Below are positions 30,800 through 64,000 of a stretch of DNA of 64,000 nucleotides, one piece after another. Made by a program: the position numbers and the translations under genes. The notes beneath the pieces are model-generated. The model ran no database searches and had not been told where the DNA came from. It saw only the letters and a program-made list of their open reading frames with translations. Each line of letters begins with the position of its first letter. Position 1 is the stretch's first letter. The DNA is from Amoebidium appalachense (lineage: Eukaryota; Protista; Ichthyosporea), in contig CAVNZM010000006.1 in NCBI GenBank assembly GCA_963693365.1, forward strand, positions 3,806,267 to 3,870,266. The letters run 5' to 3'.

Positions 30800-31053
30800 T
30801 TGGATTGGGCGAGGGACTTGGTAAGGTTCGAATCGAATCGCGAAGGGCCGCCAGGCCCGGAGCACGGCGGCCGGAGGCCGGCCCGGCCCGAAGGGCCCGG
30901 CGAACGGGGCCCGGCGACCAGTCCGGCGCACCGGGGGTCTGGGGGGACGGGGGGTCTGGGGGGAGGGAGTGGGATCCACCGGCCGCCGTGCTCCGGGCCT
31001 GGCGGCCCTTCGCGATTCGATTCGAACCTTACCAAGTCCCTCGCCCAATCCAA
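30800..31053. repeat. Perfect inverted repeat, 75-bp arms with a 104-nt GC-rich spacer
   Basis: 30800-30874 is the exact reverse complement of 30979-31053. Confidence 0.93.
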
Positions 31054-31699
31054 AGCTGACAACGGAGGACGGTATAAAATTTTAAACTCTGCTACACTTG
31101 GCAGAACGATGCTACACGATATCCGATTGGTTGTAGCTTGAAGCCAAGAAACCAATCAAATAAGCCGGATATAACGCCCTTGGTCCCCCTAGTTGCTTTC
31201 AGGGTATAAACCAAAGAAAGCGAACCGTCTGCCACTCAGTCAGCTCAGTCTCCGTTTCTATCCTCCCAGAGAGATGGCCTTTGCCATGAAGCATCTCTAT
31301 TCCCTGTCCTGGCTTGCGCCAGAACCTTCTGAGGGTGAGTGAGTCGGCCCCGGGAACACCGACTTCCCAACTAACCGTCACGACGGCCCTCTTAAGGGCC
31401 GCAACATTGGCAGCCACGCCACAAGCACCCAAACATCACCACCGCCTCCGAGGTGAGCAGGGGCAGCGCCGTGAGCAGCTGGAGGAAGAGCGGTCAGACC
31501 AAGGAGACAGCTACTAGCATGGTAAGGGTTCAGTCACGTCCAGTCTGTTTGCTTGCGCACAACTTCCTGGCCGTCGCTGGCACCCAACCCCGGCCTAATC
31601 GTTCAGGGGGTGGGCCCTTCTTCAATCTGCAGCCTCCTCTCCTTGTCTTTGCAGTTGTTGTTATAAAAATTAGTTCCTTTTGCCCTATCTTGTTTCTCT

Positions 31700-32487
31700 G
31701 CCGGTAGCTCGTGTTTGGCGTACGGGCCTACGTGCATCCAACGGCTGCTTTTGCGGCTCTTGGAATACCGTGGGGTGCTGCCAGGCCACGCAAGTGCACA
31801 CGTGCATCACCTGGCGGCCCCATGTTTAGTCGGTCCAAAAGCCATTCACGGGCAGGCGGGGCATCGGCCATAAGTGGTCGGTGTCTGTTCGTTCCGTCAC
31901 TGGCACCCATTCTCGGCCTGATCGCTTAGGGAATGGGCCTACTTTTTTCTGCCTCTTCTCTGTTCCGTTTGACTTAGTTTCTCTCTTTCTATGCCGGCAG
32001 CTCGGGTTTTGCGTACGGGCCTACGAGGATCCAATGGCTGCTTTTGTGGCACTTGGAATACCGTGACTGCTTGGGTTTTGTGCTGCCGGGCCATGCACGT
32101 GCACACGTGCCTCGCCTGGCGGCCTCATGTTCAGTCGGTTCAAAAAGCAATTCACGGGCAGGCGGGGCAGCGGCCATTAGTGGTCGGTGTCTGTTCGTTC
32201 CGTCGCTAGCACCCATACTCGGCCTGATCGCTTAGGGAATGGGCCTTGTATCTACTTTCTTCTCCTCTTTCTCTGCTCCGTTTGAAACTGGTTTCTCTTT
32301 CCCGTCTCTGGTTTCTTTGTCGGCAGCTCGGGTTTTGCGTACGGGCCTACGAGCATCCCATGGCTGCTTTTGCGGCACTTGGAATACCGTGGCTGCTTGG
32401 GTTTGCTGCCAGGCCACGCACGTGCAAACGTGCTTCACCTGGCGGCCCCATGTTCAGTCGGTCCAAAAAGCAATTCACGGGCAGGCG
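31700..32487. repeat. Imperfect ~300-bp tandem repeat (two full copies plus one partial)
   Basis: gcgtacgggcctacg...cttggaataccgtg...ttcacgggcaggcggg recurs in units starting at ~31700, ~31993 and ~32320. Confidence 0.85.
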
Positions 32488-32519
32488 GGTGCGCGAAACA
32501 GACGTCGGTGGCTGACCCT

Positions 32520-32562
<43 letters not shown>

Positions 32563-33590
32563 TTCCCCCCCCCTCCCCAATAGGCACAGTCACGTGGGGC
32601 AGGTGTCGTGTGGAGGCCGCGGTGCTGCCTCTCCGGGACACCCACGCCAACACAATTACGACTAAATGCCTGGCACATGGCGCCGACTTCTGTTGTGAGT
32701 GCTCGACACTGGCAGGTTGCATGGCATGTCTGCATTGCGGTGTGCCGGGCAACTAAAACGAAGTGCTTGCAACGTGTCGCATCCGATCAACTACCGCTTT
32801 AAAGGTCACGGGAACACATGCAGCCACCAACACAGAAAATGACTGATGCTATATAGTGGCAGAAGTTTTTCACCTTTCCCCCCAAAATTTGGCTTCTCTT
32901 CTCAATGTGATGTTGATGGTGCCAAATGTTCTTGTTTGGCCGACCCATGCACCCCACAAGGAGAGGTATTAGTCTATGACGCAGTGGTAGCAGTGGGGTC
33001 GCCAGCAGCCGGTATCAAGATATGAATATCTATCAATATTCATGAATGTGTATGAAGAAATGAGATATGATGAGAATTCATCTACAGAATATATGTGAAT
33101 ACATATGAATATTGGTCTATGACGCAGTGGTAGCAGTTGCACAGTTGGCGGCTGTTTGCAAGCCCCCGTTCTGACAGGTGGTTTTATATTGGCGATGATG
33201 GCAAGGTTTCCCTCCTCCAAATGATGATGCCGAGAAAACGAAATAACGGGGAAGTTGTTTTAAGGACATGTGCAAGTCTTCGTGTATACTGCACATGCCC
33301 GGCATGAACACATCCACACACACACACGCTCACGAACGCACATGCACACACACTGCACATACAAGCACATGAACACAACAAGTGCGAGCGTGCACGAGTT
33401 AAACATACAGGTTATATACACCTCGTAGGCAACTTTAGCATGCACCCAGAAACCCCTTGTTTTACGAGAAGAGACCTCCCTGTCCCCCCCTCCCCTCTCC
33501 CCCCCCCAGTTTTTTTTCAATTCAAGGAATCCCTTGCAAGTGTGATTGTTTTATTTGTGTTTGTGTTTTGGCGGCAGGAAACCAGGGGGG

Positions 33591-33624
<34 letters not shown>

Positions 33625-34251
33625 GGAACGGAAGGGAGCAGTACACGATATTAGTCTCCATGGATATGTGCCCACTGGCTTACGTAGCGCTACCTTTCGT
33701 AAAAACGTAAGTGGCCGGGCATTACTACGCCACGGGACCTGCCATCAATACACAATCCTTTGAGACACACACACTCATAAGGGGTTCCTTGAACTTGAAG
33801 GGGGGGGGAAATGGGGGAAGGTGGGGAGAGGGGGGGGGGGAGTGAGGAAAGGGAGAGGGGGGAGGGGGTGGGGTGGGGAGAGGAGGCGAGAGAGAGCGAA
33901 AGACCCACCTGCCACATCCCCCCTCCCCCCCCCCCCCCCCCCCCCCTTTCCCTTCCCCCTGCACTCCATCAGCAGCACCTCTACTTTCTTCTTTATGCCC
34001 ACCCACCAACTTCTTTTTGATGTACCGCAGTTCGGAGATTCAAATTTCATGCAGGAAACGATATTGTCGCCCGTGTATGTGACAATGCGACTGGATCCGG
34101 ATGAGTGCCCTGTGTGTGCGATCACGTTGAGCGTAAAAATTGGGGAATGTGTGTGCGTAATTAAGCCCCATGTGTGCGTGTACGTGTACGTGTGCATGTG
34201 TGTGTTTGTGTGTGTGTGTATGCGCGCGCGCGTGTGTGTATGTTTGTGTGT

Positions 34252-34294
<43 letters not shown>

Positions 34295-34614
34295 CTCCCC
34301 CGGCCTCCCAACAAAAAAAGATCCATGGCCACCCACCCAACCCAGCGTTTTCCGAAACTGCGTCTACGGGCCAGGGACGTGGAGGGGAGCCTCCCGTGTG
34401 TGTGTGTGTGTGGGTGGGGGGGGGGGGAGGGGGGAAGGGGGAGAGGGGGAGAAGGGAACGAGGGAAAGAGGACTGAGAGAAATATGTGCATGGCCTGGCA
34501 TGTATGGTTGTACTGTACTAGATTGACATATTGGCTGTGGACAATTGTATGGTCGAAGGGTTGGTGTGATTGTGCAGAAAAGAAGTTTGTCCCCCTTCGT
34601 CTCCGAAGGAGTAG

Positions 34615-34650
<36 letters not shown>

Positions 34651-34680
34651 CCCCTTGGTGGGATGGGTGGTGGTGGATTG

Positions 34681-34711
<31 letters not shown>

Positions 34712-35020
34712 GGGTGGGGGGGGGGGGGGGGGGGGGGGGGGGGGATTGTGCAGCCGGATTTGTGGATTGGTATTGGTGTCACGGTGATTTTCTTATTCTT
34801 TTCAAAAGCCACAGTATCGGGGTGGGGGGGGGGGGGGAGGGGGGGGGGGGAGGGATGGGAAGGCAGGGGGAAAGACTGAGAGAGGGTATCCGCCGGGAGG
34901 TGGCAGAGAAACACGATTGCGGGCAAAAGAACAAAACACTCGACAAATAGGGTTTGCAGTAAGTGGAGAGATTGGCACCAGATGTTGGGCGGGTATTGTG
35001 AATGCGTGTATGTGGGCCTA

Positions 35021-35058
<38 letters not shown>

Positions 35059-35097
35059 CTCTCTATCTCTCTCCCTCCCTCTCTCTCTGTGTGTGTG

Positions 35098-35139
<42 letters not shown>

Positions 35140-35328
35140 GTGTGAGTTTGGGGGCGGAGAGTGTGGGGGGTGGGGGGAGGGGGGGACGAGGCCGAAGGGC
35201 TTGCAAAAGAAAGATATGATTGAGATATACTTCGGGGAATTTCAGTTGATTAGTGCTGCTAGTGCAAGTGGGGTCAGAGCAGGGATACATGGCGTGGGTC
35301 CTGACGTGATGGGGCTTTGCGGAGGCGG

Positions 35329-35365
<37 letters not shown>

Positions 35366-35613
35366 GGGCAGTAAGGGGTATGTGTTTGGGAAGAGGCAGG
35401 GAGGTGTGGAAGGCATGGGGGAGGCGTGAGGGGGAGAGGGGAGGGGATAAGAGAAAAGCAAATCGCATGTGTTCCTGGTAAGGGGGGGGGGGGGGGGGGG
35501 GGAGGAGAGAGAGAGAGAGGGGGGTGAAGGGGGGGGGGGGGGGGGGGGGGGAGGGAGGGGAGGCGGGGGGAGGAGGACGAGTAGCCACCGAGAAGTTAAT
35601 AGAAGTATATTTT

Positions 35614-36654
35614 TTATTTCTTTGTTGCTGCCTGCAAAACACCCTTCACCTCCCGCCACTCCCTTACCACCCACTCCTTCCAGCCCGCCAAATACTCTGG
35701 TCCATACGTCACATACACCCACCCACATAACACACCCCCAAGGTGTGCAGCGTGGTCTAAACCCTTCACACCAGCAAGCAACCCGACAAGATCTACAGCA
35801 ATTAGTGCTTGAAGGAACTCCCGCGCAGTCGCGCTAATGAAAAACATGAGAAGCAGTTTGTCATCTGGATGCATGAAACAGTATGTGGCCAACAAACCAG
35901 TAATGCATCCACTAGCCCCAAGAGATCCTGCAGGGCTACCACGCAAGAACTTATTCCAAAGACTTACATAGTTGGCAAGCACACCAGAAGACAGGAAAAG
36001 AGCAACGAATCTTTCCCTCCCAATGTCGGAGTAGACCTGTGGACCAAACGTATACAATGCAAACATGTTTGCAGCGAGATGCAGTGGCCCTATGTGGCTA
36101 AAGCAGGCACCCAAAAGCATCGGCCCCCCATCATTCTTTGTCTGTGTTAGGAAAAACCTTTCGAGCAACCTCTGCACACGCACGCTCCGCACCCTCCACA
36201 ACAGAAAAACAGGAATGTTCATAGCCATCAAAATAAAAACCGTCTGCTTTTCTTGCGATAGATTCATCCATTGTTTTTTCAACCCACCGAGAGAGAGGTC
36301 ATACTGCCACTGATCCACGGGTGTTGCATGCTCTCTCTGCCTCTTTTCAGAGTCGAAACCCCGTCTACCTCCAGGCTTTAGAACCGACCAGATTCGCGGC
36401 AAAAGGCTCCCTTGCCGTTGCTCACGGATTTCTTTTGGAGGGGGTTCATTCAAAAGCGCACAGCTCCATACGGCAGGAATAAAAAGTCCGGCGAAGAGGG
36501 TCGGCCTTATCATGTTTGGAAAACGTGTGGGAGGGGTAGGGAGGGGCGTATATGGTGGTGCTACGGGTGAAAATGTTCTTAGGTGAGGAGAGCATAGAGT
36601 GTTTGATTTGAAGAGCGCAGCGCCCCTTCTAAAACAACCCAGGCCGGAAAGCAT
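35614..36654 (-). CDS. PARL: Mitochondrial rhomboid protease, PARL/Pcp1 family
   Basis: FSHIGPLHLAANM, GASG catalytic Ser and DHAAHLGG catalytic His. Arg-rich presequence-like N terminus. Intronless. Confidence 0.88.
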   Translation of the reverse strand: MLSGLGCFRRGAALFKSNTLCSPHLRTFSPVAPPYTPLPTPPTRFPNMIRPTLFAGLFIPAVWSCALLNEPPPKEIREQRQGSLLPRIWSVLKPGGRRGFDSEKRQREHATPVDQWQYDLSLGGLKKQWMNLSQEKQTVFILMAMNIPVFLLWRVRSVRVQRLLERFFLTQTKNDGGPMLLGACFSHIGPLHLAANMFALYTFGPQVYSDIGRERFVALFLSSGVLANYVSLWNKFLRGSPAGSLGASGCITGLLATYCFMHPDDKLLLMFFISATAREFLQALIAVDLVGLLAGVKGLDHAAHLGGVLCGWVYVTYGPEYLAGWKEWVVREWREVKGVLQAATKK

Positions 36655-38075
36655 CTTCGTACGTACAGGCACTTGTCATGTGAGAGACACGCAACCTAGT
36701 CGAAAAAATACCTCTACTAGTTCTCGGGGTCCAGCTGTACAGTGCAAGAAAGGTACCACCCATATGCTCCTATTAGTCATTGTTTAATGTAAGTGAGAGG
36801 GTCCGTACACTTTATATTTGGGATTGGGGTCGGGGGGTTAGTATTTCTTGCAACCTTAGGGGGCAGTTTCATCAGGCATGTGTTGACAACGTGACAGCTC
36901 AGTGCTTGCAAACTGACAGGCTGAGCTCGAGGTGGCCCTTTGGGGAGTCGATTGCGCAAACACGCATCGCAGCTCTGGCTGTACATGCGCACGTGCACAG
37001 GTGCGGGTGCCGCAGCTAGGCCCGCAGCCCGCCTTGATTGACTCCGGCAACTGACCGCAACAAAAAAATACATAAACATGTTAAGTTCAAAGATGTGGTG
37101 TACATTAAAGCCATAAAATCGTGTTCAAGTATACCATGTTGACCGTATGCACAACAAAAGAAAACAGCAGAGGCCTATTGTAATTTGGCCGGCCCCTGTC
37201 CTTGCTTAGATCTCCGATCTGTGCATGCCTGAGTTTTTTAGGATCACACTGGTATGCACAAGTATGGAAATGGGCACAGTAGATTGGTCAGATTTAGCAT
37301 TGGAACGCTCGGTATTTCGCTTCTACATGACAGGCAATTGCCAAATACTGCAGGATTGTGACATGCGTCTATATGTGGAGAGTTCTGCAATACGTGAATA
37401 GGTTATAAGAAAAGTACACCATGTTGAAAAATACCAAAAAATCATCTGATGTACATGTACGCTCGGCCAAAGCGGCAGCGAGGGCGAGGGCCTGAGGCCT
37501 CACTTACCGGCCCCCAATTGGATTAAGATCAGGCGCTCCTTAGACAGGAATGCAGAGTGGCATCGCTCAGGAATTCAATGTTTGTCGGACTCAGGCATAG
37601 CCAGAGCCTCAGCCACCTGATGAGTCAGGTATGACCACCGTATGTACGCTTTTTTTGGAAGAACGCTCATATTCTTGCATAGTAATATTTTCTGAAGTAA
37701 AAGCTGACTATTAGGCTCTCTATGCTTATCCCAGTGCTGACCTATGCCAAGTTCGTGCCTATGAACCACAAACACATCCGTATGAAGGCCCCAACATAAC
37801 GTTTCCTTGGCCTGCCTGCTATGTATAGGTTAACACTAGCAAGTGTGGCAGGATGAAAGAACTTCACGGAATACTATTGCCATAGGTCAGGTGACCATCA
37901 GCTCACTTGTGCATGCTACACTCAGCGCGAAGAGCTGGAGTCCTACTCAAGGGCCTTCGTTCTAGATATTTAAAACACATTTACCACTTTTTTTTTATTG
38001 TCCACCTCAGAGTAGTGACCAAACATGACACGGATATGTTGTTGATGAGTTTACACCGAGACAACTCAAGCAGCC

Positions 38076-47868
<9,793 letters not shown>

Positions 47869-48166
47869 TTTTTTCCTTTCCGTTGCTATCTTTTTGTACG
47901 CATGCTGTGTTGAATGTAGGGGTTTTCTTAAATGGTATGACAGTCGAATAGCTTTCCGGATGGCAATATGTAAGTGAATCTACATTATACATATATACAT
48001 ACATAGTGCACACATACAAAGTAACACACGCTAGGTACACACGTACATTTACACAGACATAAGCACACACACATGTACACACAAACACACACACCACACG
48101 CACCACGTCAAGTGCATGGTATGCAGACCTCGGCACACACCGCGCGCGTGCGCAAGCGCGCGCGCG

Positions 48167-48223
<57 letters not shown>

Positions 48224-49200
48224 AAACACCCACACATACACGCACGCACACATGCTTCCCAAACTACTGAGTGAGTATCAGATCGATTCCTCAGAGATCC
48301 TTGTGCATGCGCACACACCATCTACATACGAATGTTCATTTTAATTGTATTTTTTCGAAGTAGCCTAGGCCTATCACTAAAATTATCATGATATATCCCA
48401 GGGCACTAATTAGCCACCTAACACACGCCTTGCCGGCTGTAATCTTTCCTACACTAACTAGTCCGGTAGAGCATAGGAATCGTAGACGATTTTTCATTTT
48501 AATTTCTTCAGAGCAAAATACCGGTCGGTCTGTACTTAGCACAACGAAGTTTAACTTAGTGATTGAGAATTATACCCGGCGCTCCTTATGAAGTAGTATT
48601 TGGAGAATAATAGCTGCGACCAAATTATATTCGGTACAGATGTCTATGCACATGAACTGGTGTCGTTGTCAGAGAGCATTGCCTGCGAATGAAACTCACG
48701 GGTGCATCTTTCTCTCTTCAGAGCTCTCTCTCTCTCTCTCTAGATCCCCCCCCCCTCCCCCTTCTTTTTTTTTAGAGCTCTCTCTCCTCCCCCCCCCCCC
48801 CCCCCCCCCCAACCACCCTCCCTTCCACCCTCTCTCTCACAGCCCCCCTCCCCCCTCCCCGTCCACTTGGCAAGTCTCGAGGTTCCCTCCGCACCCTTTC
48901 TCTCCTACGAGCCCTTTCTCCCGGCGAATTGTTCCCTCCTTCTCGTGCACCCCTCGTGCCCCCCCCCCCCCCTCCCCCTCACCCACCGATCACACTCTGT
49001 CCCCCACTCACTTTCTGTAGCTACCCTGTGTGTGTGTGTATGTGTGATTGTGTGTGTGTATATGACACAATGGTCTCCATATTTTTCTAGGTGTTTGTGC
49101 TGTTGAAGTGTGGGTTTTGGGCTGTGGATATTTTAGGGGTGAGAGAGAGAGAAAGAGTGTGTGTGTGTGTGTGTGTGAGTAAGTGTGTGTGTGTGTGTAT

Positions 49201-49270
<70 letters not shown>

Positions 49271-49418
49271 GCATTAATTTTGGGTGCGTGGGAGGGGTGA
49301 GGGCTTGGTTGGGTGAATGGGTGGGTGGATCGTGGTGCCGGTGTACGCGCGCGGGCGCGTGCGTGCGTGCTTGTGTGCGTGTGAGTGTGTGTGTGTGTGT
49401 GTGAGTCTGTGTGTGTTT

Positions 49419-49467
<49 letters not shown>

Positions 49468-49544
49468 CTGAGCAGGGGGTTGGGTGGGTGTGAGCTAGAT
49501 GGGGCGGGTGGGTGGTGGTGGTTGTGTTTGTGGTTGTGGTGTGT

Positions 49545-49663
<119 letters not shown>

Positions 49664-49807
49664 GGGGGGGGGGGGGGGGGGTTCAATGCCACGACGTGAT
49701 GCGGATGAATAGTAAAAAAAATGGCCGAATACATTTTTCAAATTTGACTGAAATCAATGCTTTTGCTTCAATCACCCACAGCTACCAGAGTTAAGGGAGT
49801 GTAGCCT

Positions 49808-49875
<68 letters not shown>

Positions 49876-50290
49876 CATAGAAGGATACTAATATTGCATT
49901 TACTGTCTAAACAGTCGAGTCTGATATATGCACTTGTGCTGATCAGCACTGGTCCGGCCCTCAATGTCTTACTACACTGACTTTCCTCTAACCCCACATC
50001 GCTCTGCTTTCAGGTAAAAATACAAGACAGAGCATAGGGAAGACAAACGGATTAATAAAATGCAAAAAGCCTTAAAAAGACCCCCCCCCGCCCCTCTCCC
50101 CCCGCCTGCCCCGGCGCCACACACACAAAAAGGGAATGTCAGCTACCCCCTCCCCCTCCCCCTCCCCTTAAAAAAAAAAGGCACCAAAACGCATGTCTAA
50201 CCCCCCCCCCCCCAAAAAACAAAACAAAAAAAACAAGAACAAAAAACAAACAAACACACGTCCCCTTCCCTCCCTCCCTACCACCCTTCC

Positions 50291-51398
50291 TTAAGGTATC
50301 TTCTTCTTTATCAACCCCCGGAAGAAGTCCAAGCTGTTAAAGTCGGGGTGTAGCTCAAACCTCTGCCCCGCTGCATCCACCGCCAAAAGGTAACCCGAGG
50401 GGGTCAATCCGTGCACCGTCACCTCCGTTTTTCCCTCGTCCAACATCAATCTCTCTCCCCCATGTAGCCAATAGGCAAGATACGGGTCTGTAAAAGGACC
50501 AAAACCATGTGTGATGAACTCATCAACCGCCGGCTCAAGCTCGTTAAAAAATTCGAAAAGGAGTTTTTCGCGTTGGAACTGCACGGAAGGAAAAAGATCC
50601 GCAAGGCACGTTGTGGGTTTGCTGTTGAGCACGTTTAGACCTATTCCACACACCACCTCATATCGTTTCGCTTCCATGTTGTAGATGGAATTACAAAGGA
50701 TCCCGCCGATTTTCAACCCGTTTGCGTAAATGTCGTTCGGCCACTTCATCCTCACCCCATCCCTGGTCTTGTTTCCTGCGGCGTGGAAGACCGGCGAGAA
50801 AAAAGATCGCATTTGGATGTATGGTTTTGTGGATCGCCTTCACAACATAAAGGGATATTAGATACTGGACAAATACGAGATTGTTTGCATTTGGAAGGCC
50901 AAATTTGAACGTGAATGCCAACTGGCCTTTGGGACACTCCCAAACATTAGCTCCCCTTCCTTTTGATTGGCTTTGTGCATCTGCCGTGACCACCGTTCCT
51001 AGAGGAAGGGATGGGAGGGAGTTAAGCATCACTAATTGGGTGGAATGACATAATGGTGCGTGGATGACTGCACGACCAAGCTGCCTAGTGGTCAATCCTT
51101 GGAGATATATATCAACGTTGAACGTGTGCTGGTCACGATTTTCGGGCGGAACTGAACCCTTAAGAACGTTGATCCTACAGTGGGTGTCTGATTGCTTCTG
51201 GACAAAAACGGTGTCATCCCATTCTCCAGAGCTAGTAACACTAGCATAGAGGTTGTATGTTACTGGTTCGGCTGCCATGTTAGAAAACCGTTTCACACTC
51301 ACACGACAAAGTGCATGTGTAGGGGGGAGAAGAGGCTTAGATGCAACGTGTTTCCAAACACGTGACACGGATGTGGACGCGTGCAAATTGCGAAACAT
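50291..51398 (-). CDS. BPL1: Biotin-protein ligase / holocarboxylase synthetase, with a frame break near 50800
   Basis: STQ, Q..GRG.N.W..P.G, KWPNDIY, KIGGILC, GIGLNV and LHPDFNSLDFFRGLI motifs spread over two overlapping ORFs. In-frame ATGs at 51398 and 51278. Confidence 0.88.
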
Positions 51399-52027
51399 GG
51401 GAAAGGCTAGTGCATGTGTATAAGTATGTGTGTATAGGCCGTAGGTTGTACCAGCGTTCTTTAACTTTAACTCCAGTTTTCTTTTACTAAACCACAAGAA
51501 AAATACACGTGGAAAAGTAAAACTTGACAGACCTCAGACAACTGCGGGTGGGGGTGTGGGAAAATGATCTGTGCGATCAAGCGATGAACCGTTTGCAAGT
51601 CTGACCCGGCTTGCTCAAATAAGAATGACCCGAATTGGAGCCAGCCCAAAATTTTTGAGACCGTCGGATCCGGATGATGAGTCACTGCGGGCGGGGGCGG
51701 CCAAAAAAAAAAAAAAAAAAAACCAAACTCAAAGGAGAGAGAGACAGAGAGGGAGAGGGAGGGAGGAACAGGGGGCTCTTTTGAAGAAAAAGCACAAGGA
51801 ACTGCGATTGTATTAAGTTAGTAACATTCATAGTATTAAGGGGGTGTAGGGGCTGCTTTTTGTTAGTTTTCTGCTCTCCTGAGCCGGGGCTATCAAGTGG
51901 TTCGTCGTTTGTGGAGTAGGGTCAAGGAGCCCTAGTCGATTTAAGCCCTGTCCAATTTCTCCAAGTTTCTATGAGAGAGCACGTGTTTTTTTCCTAGCCG
52001 AGTGGGTCTAGATAAACAGAAACGAAA

Positions 52028-64000
<11,973 letters not shown>

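Larger units (their letters stand above)
1..32490. mobile_element. Endogenous large/giant DNA virus-like region (GEVE-like); left end outside the window, right boundary approximate
   Basis: Compact intronless genes of families typical of Nucleocytoviricota (D5 helicase, patatin, KilA-N/T5orf172, Cys/His-repeat endonuclease, YqaJ, DUF5760-like). Abrupt change to intron- and microsatellite-rich host DNA after ~32.5 kb. No capsid or polymerase hallmark gene in the window. Confidence 0.8.

Noticed and set aside
31274-31520. Short ORF after TATA-like boxes next to the hairpin
   Set aside because: Early stop codon, no recognisable product, and unsupported splicing would be required.
32580-35330. 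Possible host exons between poly-C tracts, and a 23-bp direct repeat at 32972 and 33115
   Set aside because: I could not build a phase-consistent gene model or recognise any protein motif.

Overview
Eukaryotic nuclear DNA in two very different parts. Bases 1 to ~32.5 kb are an intronless, gene-dense block of large-DNA-virus-type genes, i.e. an endogenous giant-virus-like insertion running off the left edge. Its genes include a D5/SF3 helicase absent from the ORF track, patatin, KilA-N/T5orf172, a Cys/His-repeat endonuclease, YqaJ recombinase and a DUF5760-like protein. One viral gene is split by an 11.8-kb Ty1/Copia tandem array: four 765-bp LTRs, one full-length unit and two in-frame internally deleted units that keep only RT-RNaseH, all inside a single CTGTC target-site duplication. 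The deletion breakpoint sits at the end of a half-tRNAiMet primer binding site. The viral block ends in a repeat-rich zone: a 134-bp array, a 33-bp array, a perfect 75-bp-arm hairpin and ~300-bp repeats. From ~32.5 kb on, the DNA is host-like with (GT)n and poly-G/C-rich introns. It holds a PARL-type rhomboid, an 8-exon membrane-protein gene with an intronic foldback transposon, a biotin-protein ligase and AP-2 alpha-adaptin (15 exons, runs off the right edge). A unicellular holozoan host such as an ichthyosporean is a guess only. All family calls come from motif recognition, not database searches.
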